Below, piece by piece: positions 42,725 through 59,749 of a stretch of DNA of 64,000 nt (the first letter of the stretch is position 1; each line of letters opens with the position of its first letter). A model generated the notes under the pieces. That model was given only the letters and a program-made list of their open reading frames with translations, was not told the origin of the DNA and searched no databases. Location: NCBI RefSeq assembly GCF_009914755.1, contig NC_060945.1; one strand, written 5' to 3'. The DNA is from the human T2T-CHM13v2.0 reference genome, Homo sapiens. A program made the translations under genes and the position numbers.

Positions 42725-43165
42725 TAGTGGTCCCCGCTTCTCCGTAGATGTGTCTCAAGACCCCCAGTAGACTCCTGAAACTGTAGATAGTACTGAACCC
42801 TGTACGTGCTGGTATTTTTCCTGTAAGTACCTTCCTATATAAAGTTTAATTTATGATTAGACACAGTAAGAAATTAACAGTCACTAATAATAAAATAAGA
42901 GTGACTTGAACACAAGCACAGTGATGCTGTGGCCATCAATCTTATCACCAAGGCGACTGCTAATGGGCCAGCGGCATCTGCAACGTGGATGGTTCACATC
43001 CCGGGCTGGACAGCACAAGATCGCACCACACTCCTCAGAACGGCATACAGTTGAAAGTCTGGAAGTGTTTATTTCTGGAATTTTTCATTTAATATCTTCA
43101 GATCACGGTTGACAGTGAGTAACTGAAACCTCTGAAAGTGAAACCTCAGATAAGGGGACCTGCTA
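42725..43165. mobile_element. MER44 (Tigger7-derived) DNA transposon
   Basis: Terminal inverted repeats tagtggtcccc / ggggacctgcta flanked by TA; internal motif gtaactgaaacc...aaacc..gataagggg. Confidence 0.8.
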
Positions 43166-43473
43166 TAATTAAATATGTAATTTCCTTTCTGATATTTCCC
43201 ACAGATTTCTCACAAGAAACATATGTGGCTCATTGATTGTGGGAAAACGTAATGGTAAAAACAAACACAGTGTAAAATAACTTTTAAGTAGATTTTTGTC
43301 TTTGTGATCGTAAGCTGCTAAATCAGTCTGTTAACTTTTTGTTGCACTCCTTTGTCAGTTGGTTGGGATCCTGCGGAATTGCCAGTGCATCCCTGTAACC
43401 ACGCAGGCTTGGGCTGGGCTGCGTCGACACTGAGTCCGAGCTCCCTGAAGACTGTGCTTTCTTCTCCCTCCAG

Positions 43474-43655
43474 CTGGAACGTGGTGGGCATCCAGGGATC
43501 CCTGCTCAGCATTTTCGTGGAGCCCATTTACTTCTCGAGCATCATCCTGGGCAGCCTTTACCACGGGGACCACCTTTCCAGGGCCATGTACCAGCGGATC
43601 TCCAACATAGAGGACCTGCCACCTCTCTACACCCTCAACAAGCCTTTGCTCAGTG
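43474..43655 (+). CDS. ADARB1: ADARB1 coding exon 7 (182 nt; [12 protein letters not shown]...NKPLLS), followed by a GC donor
   Basis: Acceptor ccctccAG|C. The donor that joins in frame to exon 8 (LSG-ISN) is GTG|GCAAGT. Confidence 0.97.
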
Positions 43656-43906
43656 GCAAGTATCTCTAGAGTGTGCTGATTTAATCTCTGTCTTGATTTT
43701 GCAATGTTTTCATCCTCATGAATGAAAAAAACACCACCTGAGCTGCTCTGTGGCTATCAAAAGAACATCAGAGTCCTTCTAAAGAGACCCAAGGTGATGT
43801 TTCTGAGGCTCTCCGGGCCTTGTCTCTAGGGCCTTTTAAGTGAGTCTCTCTGTAAGATTAATCTCCTTTACCAATCACAAACCTAGCCATTCATAGAAGA
43901 ATTGAT

Positions 43907-44210
<304 letters not shown>

Positions 44211-45389
44211 AAAAATGAAAAGAATGAAATTATGACTGGGCTGGGCACCTGTCTGTTTTCCTCTCACTCAGGCACTGTATTCATTCCTGTCTCAGCAGCA
44301 GAGACTCAACAGACACTGAAAATTATGTCAGCATTGGCTTTCCCAGACTAACCCTGAGCCAGGTCTCCGGGACGTTTACGCTGTCTTAGAGCCACCAGGG
44401 TGTCCACAGCGGTGAGCTGCCTAGAGCCTGCCCTGGGCTCCCTGGAGAGGCCCTGTTGGCTCCGAGAGATGGTGACAGGTGGAACCAGGGGTGCCAATGG
44501 CAGGCAGAGGCTGTCTCCCTGGTGTCTGCACCTACCCTCGATTCCCTTCATTGCTGGTTTTCTTTTTTCTTTTTTTAGAATTTCAGTGGCTAACAGTAAA
44601 GTGAACAGGAGCTTTTGAATTCAAAGGTCCTAACTTCTAAGCTCACCTTTATTTAAAAGGACACAGTTAAGGTATTTTTATCTTTTTAAACATATAATTT
44701 CACTACTTTTTTAAAAGCTCAAAACTAAAACCATAATCCTAACCTGAAACACGTTTATTTTGGGGTGTGTGTGTGCTTGTGTTTGTGCTGCCTTGTTTTC
44801 TAGTGCCTGGCAACTAGCACGCCTTTAATTTGAGAAAAAGCAGTGTGGAATTTTATTTGAAAGCATGCCTGTCAGAGCACATGAAGGAGGCAGGGATGGG
44901 GAAAAACAGTTGTCTTTAATTAAATTTTACAGTTCCGTAACTTAACCATTGTGTTTTAAGAAAAACAAAATAGATAAAACTTGATGGTAGGTAGGTTGAA
45001 ATTGTAGCATCAATGTCTTTTGAAGTATTTTGTTGTGTATTGGTGTGTGAATTTCTCATGATTCAGAAAATTTCCCTCTTTGCTCTCTGTCTTCTGTACT
45101 TGAGCAAAGAGTGCTTTAATTTTAGCTGTCACTCATCTTTTATATGCATAGATACTTAAAACATTGCATGTGGAATATGGGACACATAGGTGATACTCAA
45201 AAATAGTTGTTAATTAGGGCCTTGTTGAATAGCGCTGTCTAAGCAATATCTCATCCGTAACTAAAATCTGCAAAGACAGAATCATTTTGCTAAAGAAATT
45301 TTCTAAGATATTGAAAGTAGAGCTCATTTATAAAAGTCAGTGTATTTTTATCATATTTCACTTATGTGAAAAGCATCTATATCTGTTAA

Positions 45390-45815
<426 letters not shown>

Positions 45816-47504
45816 TAAAGCACATTACCAAACCCCTCCCCTGGTCCCCGCTGCAGGGGGCTGTGCCGAGCTGATTCAGCAGCAGCAGAGAGAGCCTGGG
45901 TTGGAGCCATGAGGCTGCCCCTGCGTCAGCTCTGCCTCCTTGGAAGCTTCTGTGTCTCGGGTTCTTCATACGCCCAGTGGCAGGGATGGACCAGGCACCC
46001 CTTGCAATCCTTCTGGACAAATGTGCCACTGTCCTATGAAAATAAAAGGACACCACTCAAGCTCCAGGAGGCAGAACCTTAACTCAAATCTGAGCCAATA
46101 AACAATGTCACTCTAGCACCAAAGTCTATTTCAAAATGCAAACTATTTGAAATATCTTATTTTTGGTAAATGCTTTATTTTGGAAATGGGTTTTTGTTGT
46201 TGTTTCCCTGAAGAGAGTTCAGATCAGCAAAGCAAGTAGCTTTGGAGAAGACACCTTTAGACGAGGACTCCTGTGAATCAGCAGGACAGCGTAGCAGGAC
46301 ATTAGGTGAGCCACAGGGTGGAGCAGGATGGGAGGGCAGAGGCTTCTGCTTCAGAATTGAAGCCGAAGGCAAGTAATGCTGTGGGTGTTACTGGAGACAA
46401 AAGGAACCAAACAAGAAAAATCTGGAGAGGCAAATGTTGATGTCTTAATAGATTTGGGAGGTCACACTCTTTAAAAATGGGTCCCAAAGCAAAGCTCTCA
46501 AAACTTCATTAAAAGAAAAGTCTTACATTTGACAAGTGACCTGGACAGAGGAGCTACCAGGACATTGGCCCCCTTGCTGTGCACCTGCACTGTGCATCAC
46601 AGCTCACGTCGTGTTTGTTACACTTTGTCACCTCACATTTTATTATAAAGGTCATTCCCGTGTTAAAAAGAGAGCGCGGTATGACAGCACCTAGTGAATT
46701 GTAGTGTCTTTAGGGAGGAACAAAAATGGACATAAATGAATACAAAGAAAAGATTACCTGAAACTGGGAGCAAATCAAAGTAAAAATGTAGGGATAGGGT
46801 GTTGCTTTCTTTTAAAAAGATAATGCTGTCAGGATTAAAGTGAGAAGAATTTAATTTTCATTTCAGCCTGAACACTAGTTTTACTTTCAGAAAGGTTCTT
46901 GGTGCCAAGCTGTGACACTTTTGCCTTTGTGGGTATACACACTTGGTACCCTTGCTTAGCACTGTGGAAGAGGAAGTCTCTCGAGCTTTCTCAGACTTTC
47001 TCTCAAATGAGTTTCACATCCAGCACTTGCAAGTTTCAGGACAATTCCAGCTTCTTATTTATGTCCATTGATCTCCTGAGTGTGAGCTCCTCAGCTGGCC
47101 CAGTTTGTTGTCCAACGCTCACTAAGATAAACCAAGAAGAAGGAGCAGGGTGCCCAAATGCCGCATGCGATGGCTCTGGGGACCTTGTTGACAGACAGCC
47201 TGCTCCGGGGTTTGCAGACAAGGCTTCCTATCCTGCTGGTTTTCATGTTGAATGTTGGCACGAAACGTTAACAAACAAGGCTACATGATGGGGTAGGGTC
47301 CTTGTGAAGAGCTTGCATTTAGGTATCTCTGGGAGGACAGCACAGGGACCCAAGGGGGCTGGCAGCAGGCCCAGGTGTGTGGCAGGAAGAAGGCAGGTGC
47401 CTGCTGAGCTGCTATCCACCCGAGACCATTTGACATTATGGGCAGGAAGAGCAAGGGAAGCTGGTTTAATGAGGCCCTGGCTGGAGTGAGAGAGAAGGAA
47501 CATC

Positions 47505-47667
47505 ACTGTGAGAGTGTGGAAAGTGTGTGTGTGTATGTGTGCGTGTGTGTGTGTGTGAGTGCATGTGAGTGTGTGCATGAGTGCGTGTGTGTGTGAGTGT
47601 GTGTGCATGTGTGTGTGCACGCTCACATGAGTGTATGAGAGAGAGAGTGTGTGTGTGTGTGTATGCG
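47505..47667. repeat. Degenerate (TG)n/(GA)n tract
   Basis: About 160 nt of alternating TG. Confidence 0.93.
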
Positions 47668-49031
47668 TATTCTCCAGGTAAGAGCAGGCACCGGGGTTGT
47701 GGGAAAGAGGTGTCAGTAATGTGAGTTTCCTCCTTGCCCTGGTTTCTAGGAGGAGTGAACGTGCCATGAGTCATTGTAGAAGAGAACGACCACCAAGCTT
47801 GGCTCCAAGTACAGAATCATTCTTTTCATCTGACAATTTTTCTTTCCATTTTACTTTCTGTTTTCCTCCCCTTTGCTTTTGCTGGACCGATTAAATTGTC
47901 TTTCCCCTTTCTTCCGACTGGTGGGAAGTTCTAAATCTTATTTCTATTCTGACCAGTGGTTACCCCAATTTTTTAAAACAAATATGTTTAAATCACTTTG
48001 AAAAAATGTTGGCATCAAGAATTAATATTTGTAAAGATCCAAACTTGGGAAAAGCTGAAATATTGGGCTCATTTTTATTCCACACTCTTCCCATCCTCAT
48101 CTTCCTAGATTCTGATGACATCATCTTGAGTTTTAGAAACTCATTTTATCGTGCTTTTTTTTTAAAAGCCTTTCGTAATGAGTCACATAGCCTCATGATC
48201 AACAATTGTTTAGATGAAGCCGTAAGAGCTCCTGGTTTCTCTTCTAACCAGTTTTCTGTAGCCAGTGCTCCTGCCCTTAACTCCACATCCAGATTTATTT
48301 TTCACTTTGCTGGAATATATCCTTAATTGGGGTGACAGGGTGATTTCTTGGTTGGTTGTTTTTGTTTGGTTTTTGGAGAAAAGTCCTGTGTGGGTGGGGC
48401 CCTGGATCTTGATGTTACCTGGCCCTTGCCTGTGTGCCAGGTGGACTGGGGACTGTGGATGTCTGCGCTCTGCCCTACCCCAAGGACACGTCAAGACCTC
48501 CATGCCACCCCTCCATGGTCACCCTTTGTCACAGAGCCAGTTTGAGTTTCTTTCCTTTCTAGAAGGTACCTCCTTGTTTTCTCTCCTGTAGTGTTACATT
48601 TATCTATTTTCCCTAAAATTCAGGAATTTCAACAGATTAAGCCTAGGTGTGTGGTTAGTTTGTTTGAGTTTCTTTCCTACTTACTACCCTGAACCCTCTG
48701 ATCTGGATTGTTGAGTCTTCACTTCTGAGAAGTTTCCTTCTGTCCTGTCACTTCTGCTAGAAGCATCTTCTCTGCCCTCTCTGTTGTCCCTGAAAATGCT
48801 GCTGAGCAGAACTCACAGGCCTGTGACCAGTGTCTCTCCTCTCATCTGATGTGCTTTTTTGACTGTACTGCATTCTAAGAGAATGCCTGACTTCTGTCAC
48901 CATCTCAGGAGTGAACTGTTTTCCCCGCGGAGCAGGCTCCCCGGGAGCTCATGCCTGGCCCACTTCCCTGCACCACGGCCGCCACACGGCTCCGTCTCTT
49001 GCTCTAGTTCTCCTTTCTGGGAGAGTGACTC

Positions 49032-49106
49032 CATTTGGGGCTCGTCATCTCTGTTGGGTTTTCAGTGGCTGCATTTGGGGTTCCTCATGTCTGTTGGGTT
49101 TTCAGT
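49032..49106. repeat. 40-bp tandem duplication
   Basis: CATTTGGGG..C.TCAT.TCTGTTGGGTTTTCAGT, two copies. Confidence 0.85.
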
Positions 49107-52100
49107 TCTCCTTTTGCATACTGAGAGAACAACTTTCTAGTGATTGGAACTGTCTAGAAAAGTTTCCTGAAAGGAATTGAGCTCCCCTGACTGGAAGAGT
49201 TCAGGTTGGAATTGGATGGACACTGTTGTTACGGACACGGTGATAGGGGATCTGGCTGAAAGGATTAACCCACGTGATCTCCAGGTGTCTTCTAAACTCG
49301 AGATCCTACGGAGTGCAGTTTGCTTGTTTTTAAATTCTCTGTGCAGATGACTGTAATGCTACAGTACAGTTACCATTACCTATTGTATCAATGACACTTT
49401 TGAAGGTTTTTAAAAATAATAATAGTTACACTTCACTGACTGCCGTCCTCAGGCCATCTCCCGGGCATGCATGTGCTCAAGTCAGGAGCCAGATTCTTAC
49501 ATGCTTCCCTGAATCCACGCCGCAGCCCTGTGGGCCGGGCCTGCCGTCACCCTTCACAGTGGAAGCAGCCGCAGCCGGCAGACACCACGAGGCTTGCAGC
49601 TCACAGCCATATTCCACTGTCCCTAGGACAAGTACAGCTTGAACCCACATCCCACCTTTCACCACCCCAAGCCTTGCCTCCCATGGACGAAGACAGTGCA
49701 CGAGAGTGCCTTGGGGCTCCCCCAGGAGCTGCTTCAGGAAAAGGAGGAGCTGGCAGGATCACTGTGAGCCTCTCAGCCCCACTCCCCCGGCTGCTCCCCT
49801 TCATCTACATCCAGTTAGCATCTCCTGCCCATGCAGCTCTCTGGACATGAGCCCACCTCACTCAGGACCACAGCTCTGAGGCTCCTTCCACAGCTGGTGT
49901 TCTAAAACCCTGAGGTCTCCTTTGAGAAAGGACTGTTATGTGGCCAGAGGTCCTCTGTGTAAAGCCCTCAGCACCTGGCTGGGGTTAGTGGACAACCAGG
50001 ACAAGGCACTTCCGAGCTGGCAGAGAAAGCCTGAGAGCAGCCCTGGGGAGTGGGCTGGAAGGGTCAGGAGAACCCAGCCATCTTGCTCTGTACGGATTCT
50101 AATGGCTTGTGTTTATTTCTCTGTCAGCTCAAGGGCTGCCCTTAAGACGATCACAATGAAAGGCTCAAAGGTGCTCTGCTCTCAGCTTAAATGGCAGGTT
50201 GGTTTTGGACCCAGAGGGGCTCAGAGGCTCCCTCCTGTGTTGCATGGCCTGTATCATCCTCACTGGGGGTGCTGTGCACAGTTTTCCTTATACTGTAACT
50301 TATGCCCAGGTCTTGACTCTTTCTTATTTGCAGAATAAAGGCCACTTTCAGTCGAGATTGTAAGTACACATTTTCCTTGATCCACTAATGAATGTCTGAT
50401 AGTTTCTATAACATGAACCCATAATAACCCTAAAATATCCATTAATCATTATGTATATTATTCATTTTTGATTACCCTACTGTATGAGGAACCTATTGGA
50501 AAATACCTTTAGGGTAGAAATAAGAAAAAACATCAATGCCAGCTCTTCTGAGTTTTTTAATTGTAGCAGTTATTAGGCCAATTCACAGTTTCTCTGTGTT
50601 TTTGCTTTAAAAGTTCTGATTCAGCACACTTAATTTACAACAACAGAGGGATTCTCGTTACCAGCCAAGTTGTTCTTGCTTTTATTGGTTTCTGTACCGT
50701 GGCCTGGGATTAACTCATTACCCTAGTTCCCTCTTTGCAGGCTGGAAAGATAAGCATCTCACTCACGTCAGCCCCCACACTGCACTGGCCTCAGGGACTC
50801 GTAGACGTATGCGCTTATGACCATTTAGGGGCTTTCTGCCCCAGAAAAAGCGTATGGTTAGTATTGGAAGCTCGGGCTATTTTCTTTTTTCCTTGTTTCC
50901 TCCATTTTTGTTTCAAGATGGGACTTGATTTAACTTAAAATATAAAAAATATTTTGTACTATTGGGATCTTATATTTTTGTTAATCATTTAGTTTTAGTG
51001 AAAAATATTGTAATTCTAAGGTTTAAGTATCATTCAACAGTAATCCTTTATTTTGATGAGAAGTAGTGGAATTGCAAAGGAAGATAATATAAGCGTTATC
51101 CATTTGTTTATGAAAGATTCAATTCCATTATGGTCAGAGATTCCCCAGCAGTTTAAATGGACACCCTCTCTTCTAGCCATTCCCCCACAAAAGAAATCCT
51201 TCCTGATTCTGTCTGCTTGAAGGGTGTGACCTTGAACATGCTCCTGGGGCTGCCGCCTCTACAGAGTGACAGCTCAGGGACCTGCAGGAACTCAGAACAT
51301 GCAGGCAGGTGCTGGAGGTAGGGCAGGTGTGCTGGTAAGATGGATGACCTCAGTTCCACTGGCAAAACTGTGCCACAGGAGAAACCTGAGCGTGTGGTAA
51401 AAACCACCCCAGCAGCAATCAGTAAATGCAGGAACAGTGACCTCAGGAAGACATGAGGCTCCTACCAGTGCCTGTGATGAGGCCAGCCCAGCCCTGTGTG
51501 TGGTTAGGGCACACCTGACCACCCCGACAACCAGGGAAGGACGGTGTTGGAGCTCTGAGTTCTTGGCATGAGGACATGATCTTGGCTGATTGTTTTCCTT
51601 CAGACCTTCTGCAGAATTGAATGCACATCAAAGAAACAAGCAGAAGAAACCATGCCAGCTACTTGTATTGAATAAAAGTATTTTACTTACAAACTTGGAT
51701 TATCAAACTTATGAGGAAAATAACACAAAAGAGAAAGATCTATATGAGAAAACAGAACAACTGAAAGAAACAATTTAGAAAACAAGAGAAATAAGTAATG
51801 ATAAATCTTATTAGTATGTTATTTAGTAAGTGCTGAAATCAAATATTAATTTGAAGGTCTAGAAAATATTCAGTATTTTTTGAGTGTGCAGTGGGCATGG
51901 TTCTGGGTGTTGGGATTTTGCAGTGCACAGGACAAACAAAACCTCTTCCTCATGGAGCTTTTGCTCTGATGAGGGCAGGGGGATGGTGAAGTCAGATAAG
52001 TCTCAGATAACTTGGAACAGAAAGGCAGAATTATGAGACAGTGGCCAGGGTGCTGCCCAAAACCTACCCAATCAGAATCTCAGAGGTAGGATTCAATGTG

Positions 52101-53956
52101 CTTATTGTTTAAAGCTTCATATCTGATTCTACTGAACATATCTGCTTAAGAACTACAAAATATATATTGGCTGTCTCTGGGTTTTATAGCTTTAATTTTC
52201 TAAGGTTTGTGTGAATTTTTGGAATTGTCCATAGTGAGCAAATGTTATTTTTTTAATGAGAACAATTTTTTTTATTTTTAAATTATCTTTAGTGTCTTTT
52301 CACAACTTTATTGAGGTATAATTGGCATATGATAAACTGCATATTTAAAGTATACAATTTGATACATTTTGGCCTATGTTTAGGTCTGTGCAACCATCAC
52401 CACAATAAAGATAATGAGTATACTTAATCCACTTCAAAATTGTCTTAGTACTCCTTCATAATCCCTCCCTCTCCCCGATCCCCATTCCCATCCCCAGTAT
52501 GTACCATCTGTCTATATAGATGAGTTTGCATTTTCTGGGATTTTACATAAATGTCATCATAAGGTTTGCACCGTTTTGGTCTAGCTTATTTCACTCAGTT
52601 TAATCACTTGGAGATTGATCTATGTTGTTGGGTTTATCCATAGTTCATTCCTTTTCATTGCTAAGTAGCATTGCACTGGGTGGATAAACCACAATTTGTT
52701 TTTCCCTTGAAATATTGATGGATATTTAGGTTGTCTCCAGTCTTTTAATATTATAAAGCTGCTGAGAACATTTCTGTACAAATCTTTGGGCGCTTACTTC
52801 CATTTCTCTTTAGTAGATACCTAGGAGTGGAATGGCTGAATCCTAAGATAGGTGTATGTTGAACTTTTTAGAAAACTATTAACCTGTTTTCCAAAATGGT
52901 TGTACCATTTTCACATTACCACCACTAGTGTGCGGGAGTTGTAGTTCTGTCACTTATATGCCGGCACGCAGTACGAGCGGTTGCTTTAGAAATTTTAGCA
53001 GGTGTTTAGTGATATTCCATTGTGCTTTTAATTTGCATTGCTCTGATGACTAATGAAGTTGAATGCCCTTTCACATGCTGATTTGCCATCCCTGTGCCTT
53101 CTTCAATAAACTGTTCAAAACTTATGCACATTTTTACTGAGTTGTTCAACATCTTATTACTGGGTTTTGAGAGTTATTTATATTTTCTAGATACAGATCC
53201 TTTATCAGATATATGATTTGAAAAATGCTTTCTCCCAATCAGTGGCTTGTCTTTTAATTCTCTTCATAGTGTCTTACGCAAACCACATAATTTTAATTTT
53301 GACAAAATCTAATTTATAGAAATTTTCTTTGATGGATCATGCTTTTGATATTATGTCTAAGAAATATTTGCCTAAGTCAGTACTACAAAGATTTCTTCTT
53401 ATATTCTTGGAAATTTTACAGTTGCAGTTTTTACATTTAAGACTATATTTCACTTGAGTTCATGTTTGTGTAGGGTATGAAGGATGAACTGAAGTTCATT
53501 TTTTGGCATGTAAGATATCCAGTTGATTTAGCACCATTTAGTGAAAGGTTCCTCATTTCTTCATGGAATTGCCTTGTGCCCTTGTCAAAAATCAGCTGGC
53601 ATGTATATATACATGTGGGTCTGTTTCTGGACTCTGTTGTTTGCCTTTAATCTCTTTGTCTAAAGGCCAGTATTACATTGTCATGATTACTATAGTTTTA
53701 TTATAAGTTTTGAGGTCAGGTAGAGTTAGTCTTCCAACTTTGTACTTTTTCAAAGTTGTCTTGGCTGCTTAGGTCCTTTTTGTATTTCCATAGCAATTTT
53801 ATAGTCCACTCATCAGTTCTACATCCTTATTGCACTGGTTAGGACCTCCAGTACAATGTTGAGTAGAAGTGATGACAGCAGACATCCTTCTCTTACATGT
53901 CATCTTGGGGGAACACATTCAGTCTTTCACCATTAGGTATGATGTTGGCTGTAGGA

Positions 53957-54267
<311 letters not shown>

Positions 54268-54403
54268 TAGGTTTTTTACAGATGTCTTTATCAGCTCAAG
54301 ACATTTTTTTTTTCTATTTATAGCTTACTCAGCGTTTTTAATCAAGAATGTGTGCTGGATTTTGTCTGATGCTTTTTTTCTGCTCTTAGATGACTGTTGT
54401 CAT

Positions 54404-54529
54404 TGCAGTGACTTAGGCCTATAGTCCCAGCTACTTGGGAACTAAGGCAGGAGGATCACTTGAGCCCTGGAGTTTGAGGCCATCCTGGGCAATGTAGTGA
54501 GACCCCATCTGAAACAACAACAACAAAAA
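54404..54529 (+). mobile_element. FLAM/Alu monomer, sense
   Basis: tagtcccagctacttggga...gtgagaccccatct followed by an A-rich tail. Confidence 0.85.
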
Positions 54530-57500
54530 ATGAGATGAGCATTTAGTTCATTTTTCAGTTTGCTAGTGGTGACGTTAAAAAAAAATTAAACCAACTTTGC
54601 ATCTTGGGATAAACGTTATATGGTTATTATGTGCTATTCTTTTTATATATTGTTGGATTCAGTTTGCTAAAATTTCATTTAGAATTTTTGTATTTATATT
54701 TGTCTGTAGGGATATTGGGCTATCATTTTAGTTTAATGTCTTTGTCAGGCATAAAATGAGTTGGGGTGCATTTCTTTCTCTTCAGTTTTCTGGAAGAGTT
54801 TGTTTGGATTTGGTATTATTTCTTTAAATATATGGTTAAATTCACCAGTGAAACCATTGGGCCTGAAGTTTGCTTTGTAAGAAAATTCTAACTACAATTT
54901 ATTTTTCTATAATAGATTTAGGGCTATTCATGTTATCTGTTTTTATCTTTTTTCTTGAGTAAGCTTCAGTAATTTGTCTTTCAGGGAATTTGTCCATTTC
55001 ATCTAATTTGTCTAATATATTGGCATAAAAGCATTCAGAATATTCATTTTAATATCTGTGATATCTCTAATGATATCGTCTTATCCCTTATATTGATGAT
55101 TTGTATCTTCTCTTGGTTGTTTTTTTCTGATCAGTCTAGCTGGAAGTTTTTCAATTCTGTTCGTCTCTAAGTGCCAACTTTTAGGTTCAGTGATTTTTGT
55201 CTTTTGTTTTATATTTCAATAATTTTTACTCTGATTTTAATTATTTCTTTTTTTTCCGCTTACCTGGTGTTTCAATTGCCCATCTTTTTGTAGTTTTTTA
55301 AGGTGCTAGTTGAGGTCATTGTTTTAAGACCCTTTTTACTGCTTTTGTAGCATTTAAAAATTATGATATGTTTTCATTTTCACTTATATTAAAATACTTT
55401 GTCCCTTGGGTTATTTAGAAGTCTGCTATTTAGTTTCAAAATACTAGGGATTTTACAGAGATCTTTCTGTTGTTGGTTTTTTAGTTTCATTTAATGACTT
55501 CAGTCCTTTTAAATTTATTAGACTTGGTTTTATGGACCAGAATATGATCTATCTTTATAAGTGTTCCACAAAACTTGAAAGAATGTGAATCTGCCACTTT
55601 GGGGTAGAGTGATCTGTAAATGTTGATTAGGCCAAGTTGTTTGATTATACTATTTATTTTCTTTTATATTCTTACCGATCTTCTACTTGGTCTATCAGTT
55701 ATTGAGAGGCAGGATTGAAAATCTCTTAGTTATAATTGTACATTATCTATTTCTTCCCCTTTTTTAGAGTTTTTACTTCCTGTATTTTGTAGCTCTGTGA
55801 TTAGATGCATAAAAATGTAGGATTGTTGGTTTATCTTAATAAACCGACCTCCTTTACCATTATATGATGACCCTCTTTATTTCTGGTAATAGTGTTTGTT
55901 CTGAAATTTGTTTTGAGATTAATATAACCTCCTCAACTTTCTTTTGATTAGTGTTAGCACAGTGTATCTTCTATCCCTTTATATTAAAGTACTTTATCTT
56001 AAAAATATGTTTCTTATAGACATATATTTATATATATTTATATGTTTGGATCTTGCTTCTCTCTCCCACCATGGACAATCTCTGCCTTTTCACTGAGGTA
56101 CTTAGACCATTTACATTTATTGTGATTATTGATATTATTAGGTTTAAATTTCATCTTGCTACTTATTTTCTACGTGTTTCATATGTTCTTTGTTCACTTT
56201 TTCCTCATTTTCTTACTGCTTTTGCCTTAATTGGGTGTGTTTGATGATTCCATTTTGACTCCTTCTTGACTTTTGAGCTGTAACTTTTGTTAATTTGGTG
56301 GTGGTTTTTAGGGTTTATAGTATGCATTCTTACCACGATCTCCCTTCAAGTGATATTATACTACTTCACATATAGTAAAAGAACCTTACAACAGGATACT
56401 TTCGTTTTTCCATCCCCAACCTTTGTGGTATTGTTTTCAGACACTTTTGCATGTGTTAAAAAAATCCACATCTTATTATTTTCATCTTAATAATTATCTT
56501 TTAAAGGAATTTAAATAATAAGAAAAAAACCTCTTGTATATTTATCCATGTAGCTATCATTTCCAGGGCTCTTCATTCTTTGTATAGATCTGGATTTCCA
56601 TTTTGGTATCATTTTTTCTTCTGGCTGGAGGACTTCCTTTTACATTCCTTGTAGCACAAGTCTTCTGATGATGAATTATTTCAGCTTTGGTATGTCTGGG
56701 AAAGTATTTTGCTTTCATTTTGAAGTATATTTTGCTGTACAAATATATTTCTGCTGGAATGGCAGGGTCCTTTTTCTCCTTTAAGCACTTTAAAGACATT
56801 GCTTCCCTGACTTGTTGTTTGCGTTGTTTCCAGTAAGAAATGTGTTGTTATCTTTATTCCTCTGTGTGTTTTTTGCTCTGGGTTTGCTTAAGATTTTCTC
56901 TTAATACTAGTGTTGAACAATTTGTTCTGTTGTGCTTTGGTATATAGTTTTATTCATGTTTCTTGTGCTTGGGATTCATTGAAATTCTTTAATCCATGGG
57001 TTTGTTGGTTTCATGAAATTTGGAAATTTTTTATTCATCTTTCTTCAGATATATTTTCCGTTCCCCCTTCTCTCTCCTCACCGTCATGAAATCTAATTAC
57101 ACATATTTCACCCTACCTAAACCTGCCCCATATCACTGATTTTCTGTTCTTTTTTTCTCTCTTTGTGTTTCATTTTTGGTAGTTTCTGTTACTGTGTCTT
57201 TAAGTTCACTAATCTTTTCTTCTGCGGTTTCTATTCTGTGGTTAGTCCCATCAAGTGTATTTTTTATCTAATACATTGTAGTTTTCCTCTCTAGAAATTT
57301 GGCTTAGGCCTTTTTATATCTTTATGTCTGTATCTTCTATATGTGAATGTCAGGCACTTTTCCATTCTCTCAGGAGGCTGTTTCCCAGCCTTGATTGAGT
57401 AACATGCCTACTCTGATCAGTGCTCCGCAGGATATTCAAGGACACCCTCTGCGTATCTCCAGGGCTCACTCTGTCTGCATGTCTCTTCCTTCCGGTACTC

Positions 57501-58007
57501 TGTCTTATGAAATCTGGCTGACTTGGTTTCCCTTGACTCTCAATTCAGGGGATCTGCTACACTCTGCCTGGGTTCCTTACTCTGAACAGTGAACTGTCAT
57601 CTGGGTTTTGATATCTCTCCAAGGGAGGGATAAATGGTCATTGAAAGCAAGTGAGCATGGTGACGGGGTGGGGGTGGCCTCCACAGGGCACGAAGTGAGT
57701 TGTACTGAGTCATCTGAGAGTGCAGTGTGCTGCTTCTGGCCAGTGGGCTTGACAGTTCAGTGTCTGGGTTCAGAATATGAGTCTGCCCATGTCTAAGCAT
57801 GTTCTAAAGATTCATATCCCAAATTAGTTTTGATTTTGGTGGCCTATAACATCCATGTGATATGAATTATCAAGCTCAATATATAAATGCAGATACATGT
57901 ATTCAATTCCGAGTTATGCAAGTGTCTTTTTAAAAACTTTCAACCCTGCAGAATTAGCCTGTGATTAGTTAAGATGAGATCGTTTAAACACAGCAAGAAA
58001 ATAAGTA

Positions 58008-59192
<1,185 letters not shown>

Positions 59193-59749
59193 TTAAGAAT
59201 TAGGGTTTCCTATTGCATCATGGATGTCACACATGCAAAGCCACGTGACCTGAACATGCCTGGCCTCTCAGTGGCAGGGGAGCACATGCAGGCATGAGCG
59301 CCAGAGGTGGTGTGATACAGGAGCAACCCCCACCTGCACGACCTCATGGGACCCTGCATTAGTCTCAGAAGTGGCTCCCACCCATCCACTCTCAGGCTGC
59401 CAAGGTTCCTGGCTCCGTCAGTGCCAGAGTGAGAAAAGACACACTTGTCAGGAAGTCTCATGATTTCAGGTTTCTGTCAATCTTCTGCCCACCTGCCCTG
59501 TCAGACAAGTGCATACCCGTGGGTCAGTTCTGCTTTCTCAGCACTGCTCCTATTCTGGTGGCCGTGGAAGAGTGTGAGGCCACTGCCACGGCAGATGCAC
59601 GCTCAAGTCTGCGTATATTCCTCGGCAGGCAGAATTCCCCCACCACGCACTTCTGTGGCCATGTCTGAGCACAGTGTGCCGCCCGTGGCTGCTCCCTCCC
59701 TGGGGGTGAAAGCGGGCTTCACACCACCTTCCTGTGTCTTCCGTTTCAG

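Noticed and set aside
50300-51800. Candidate location of the reported tissue-specific poison exon in intron 7
   Set aside because: Several acceptor-like sites exist (about 50333, 50740, 51603), but I cannot pair them with a convincing donor from sequence alone.
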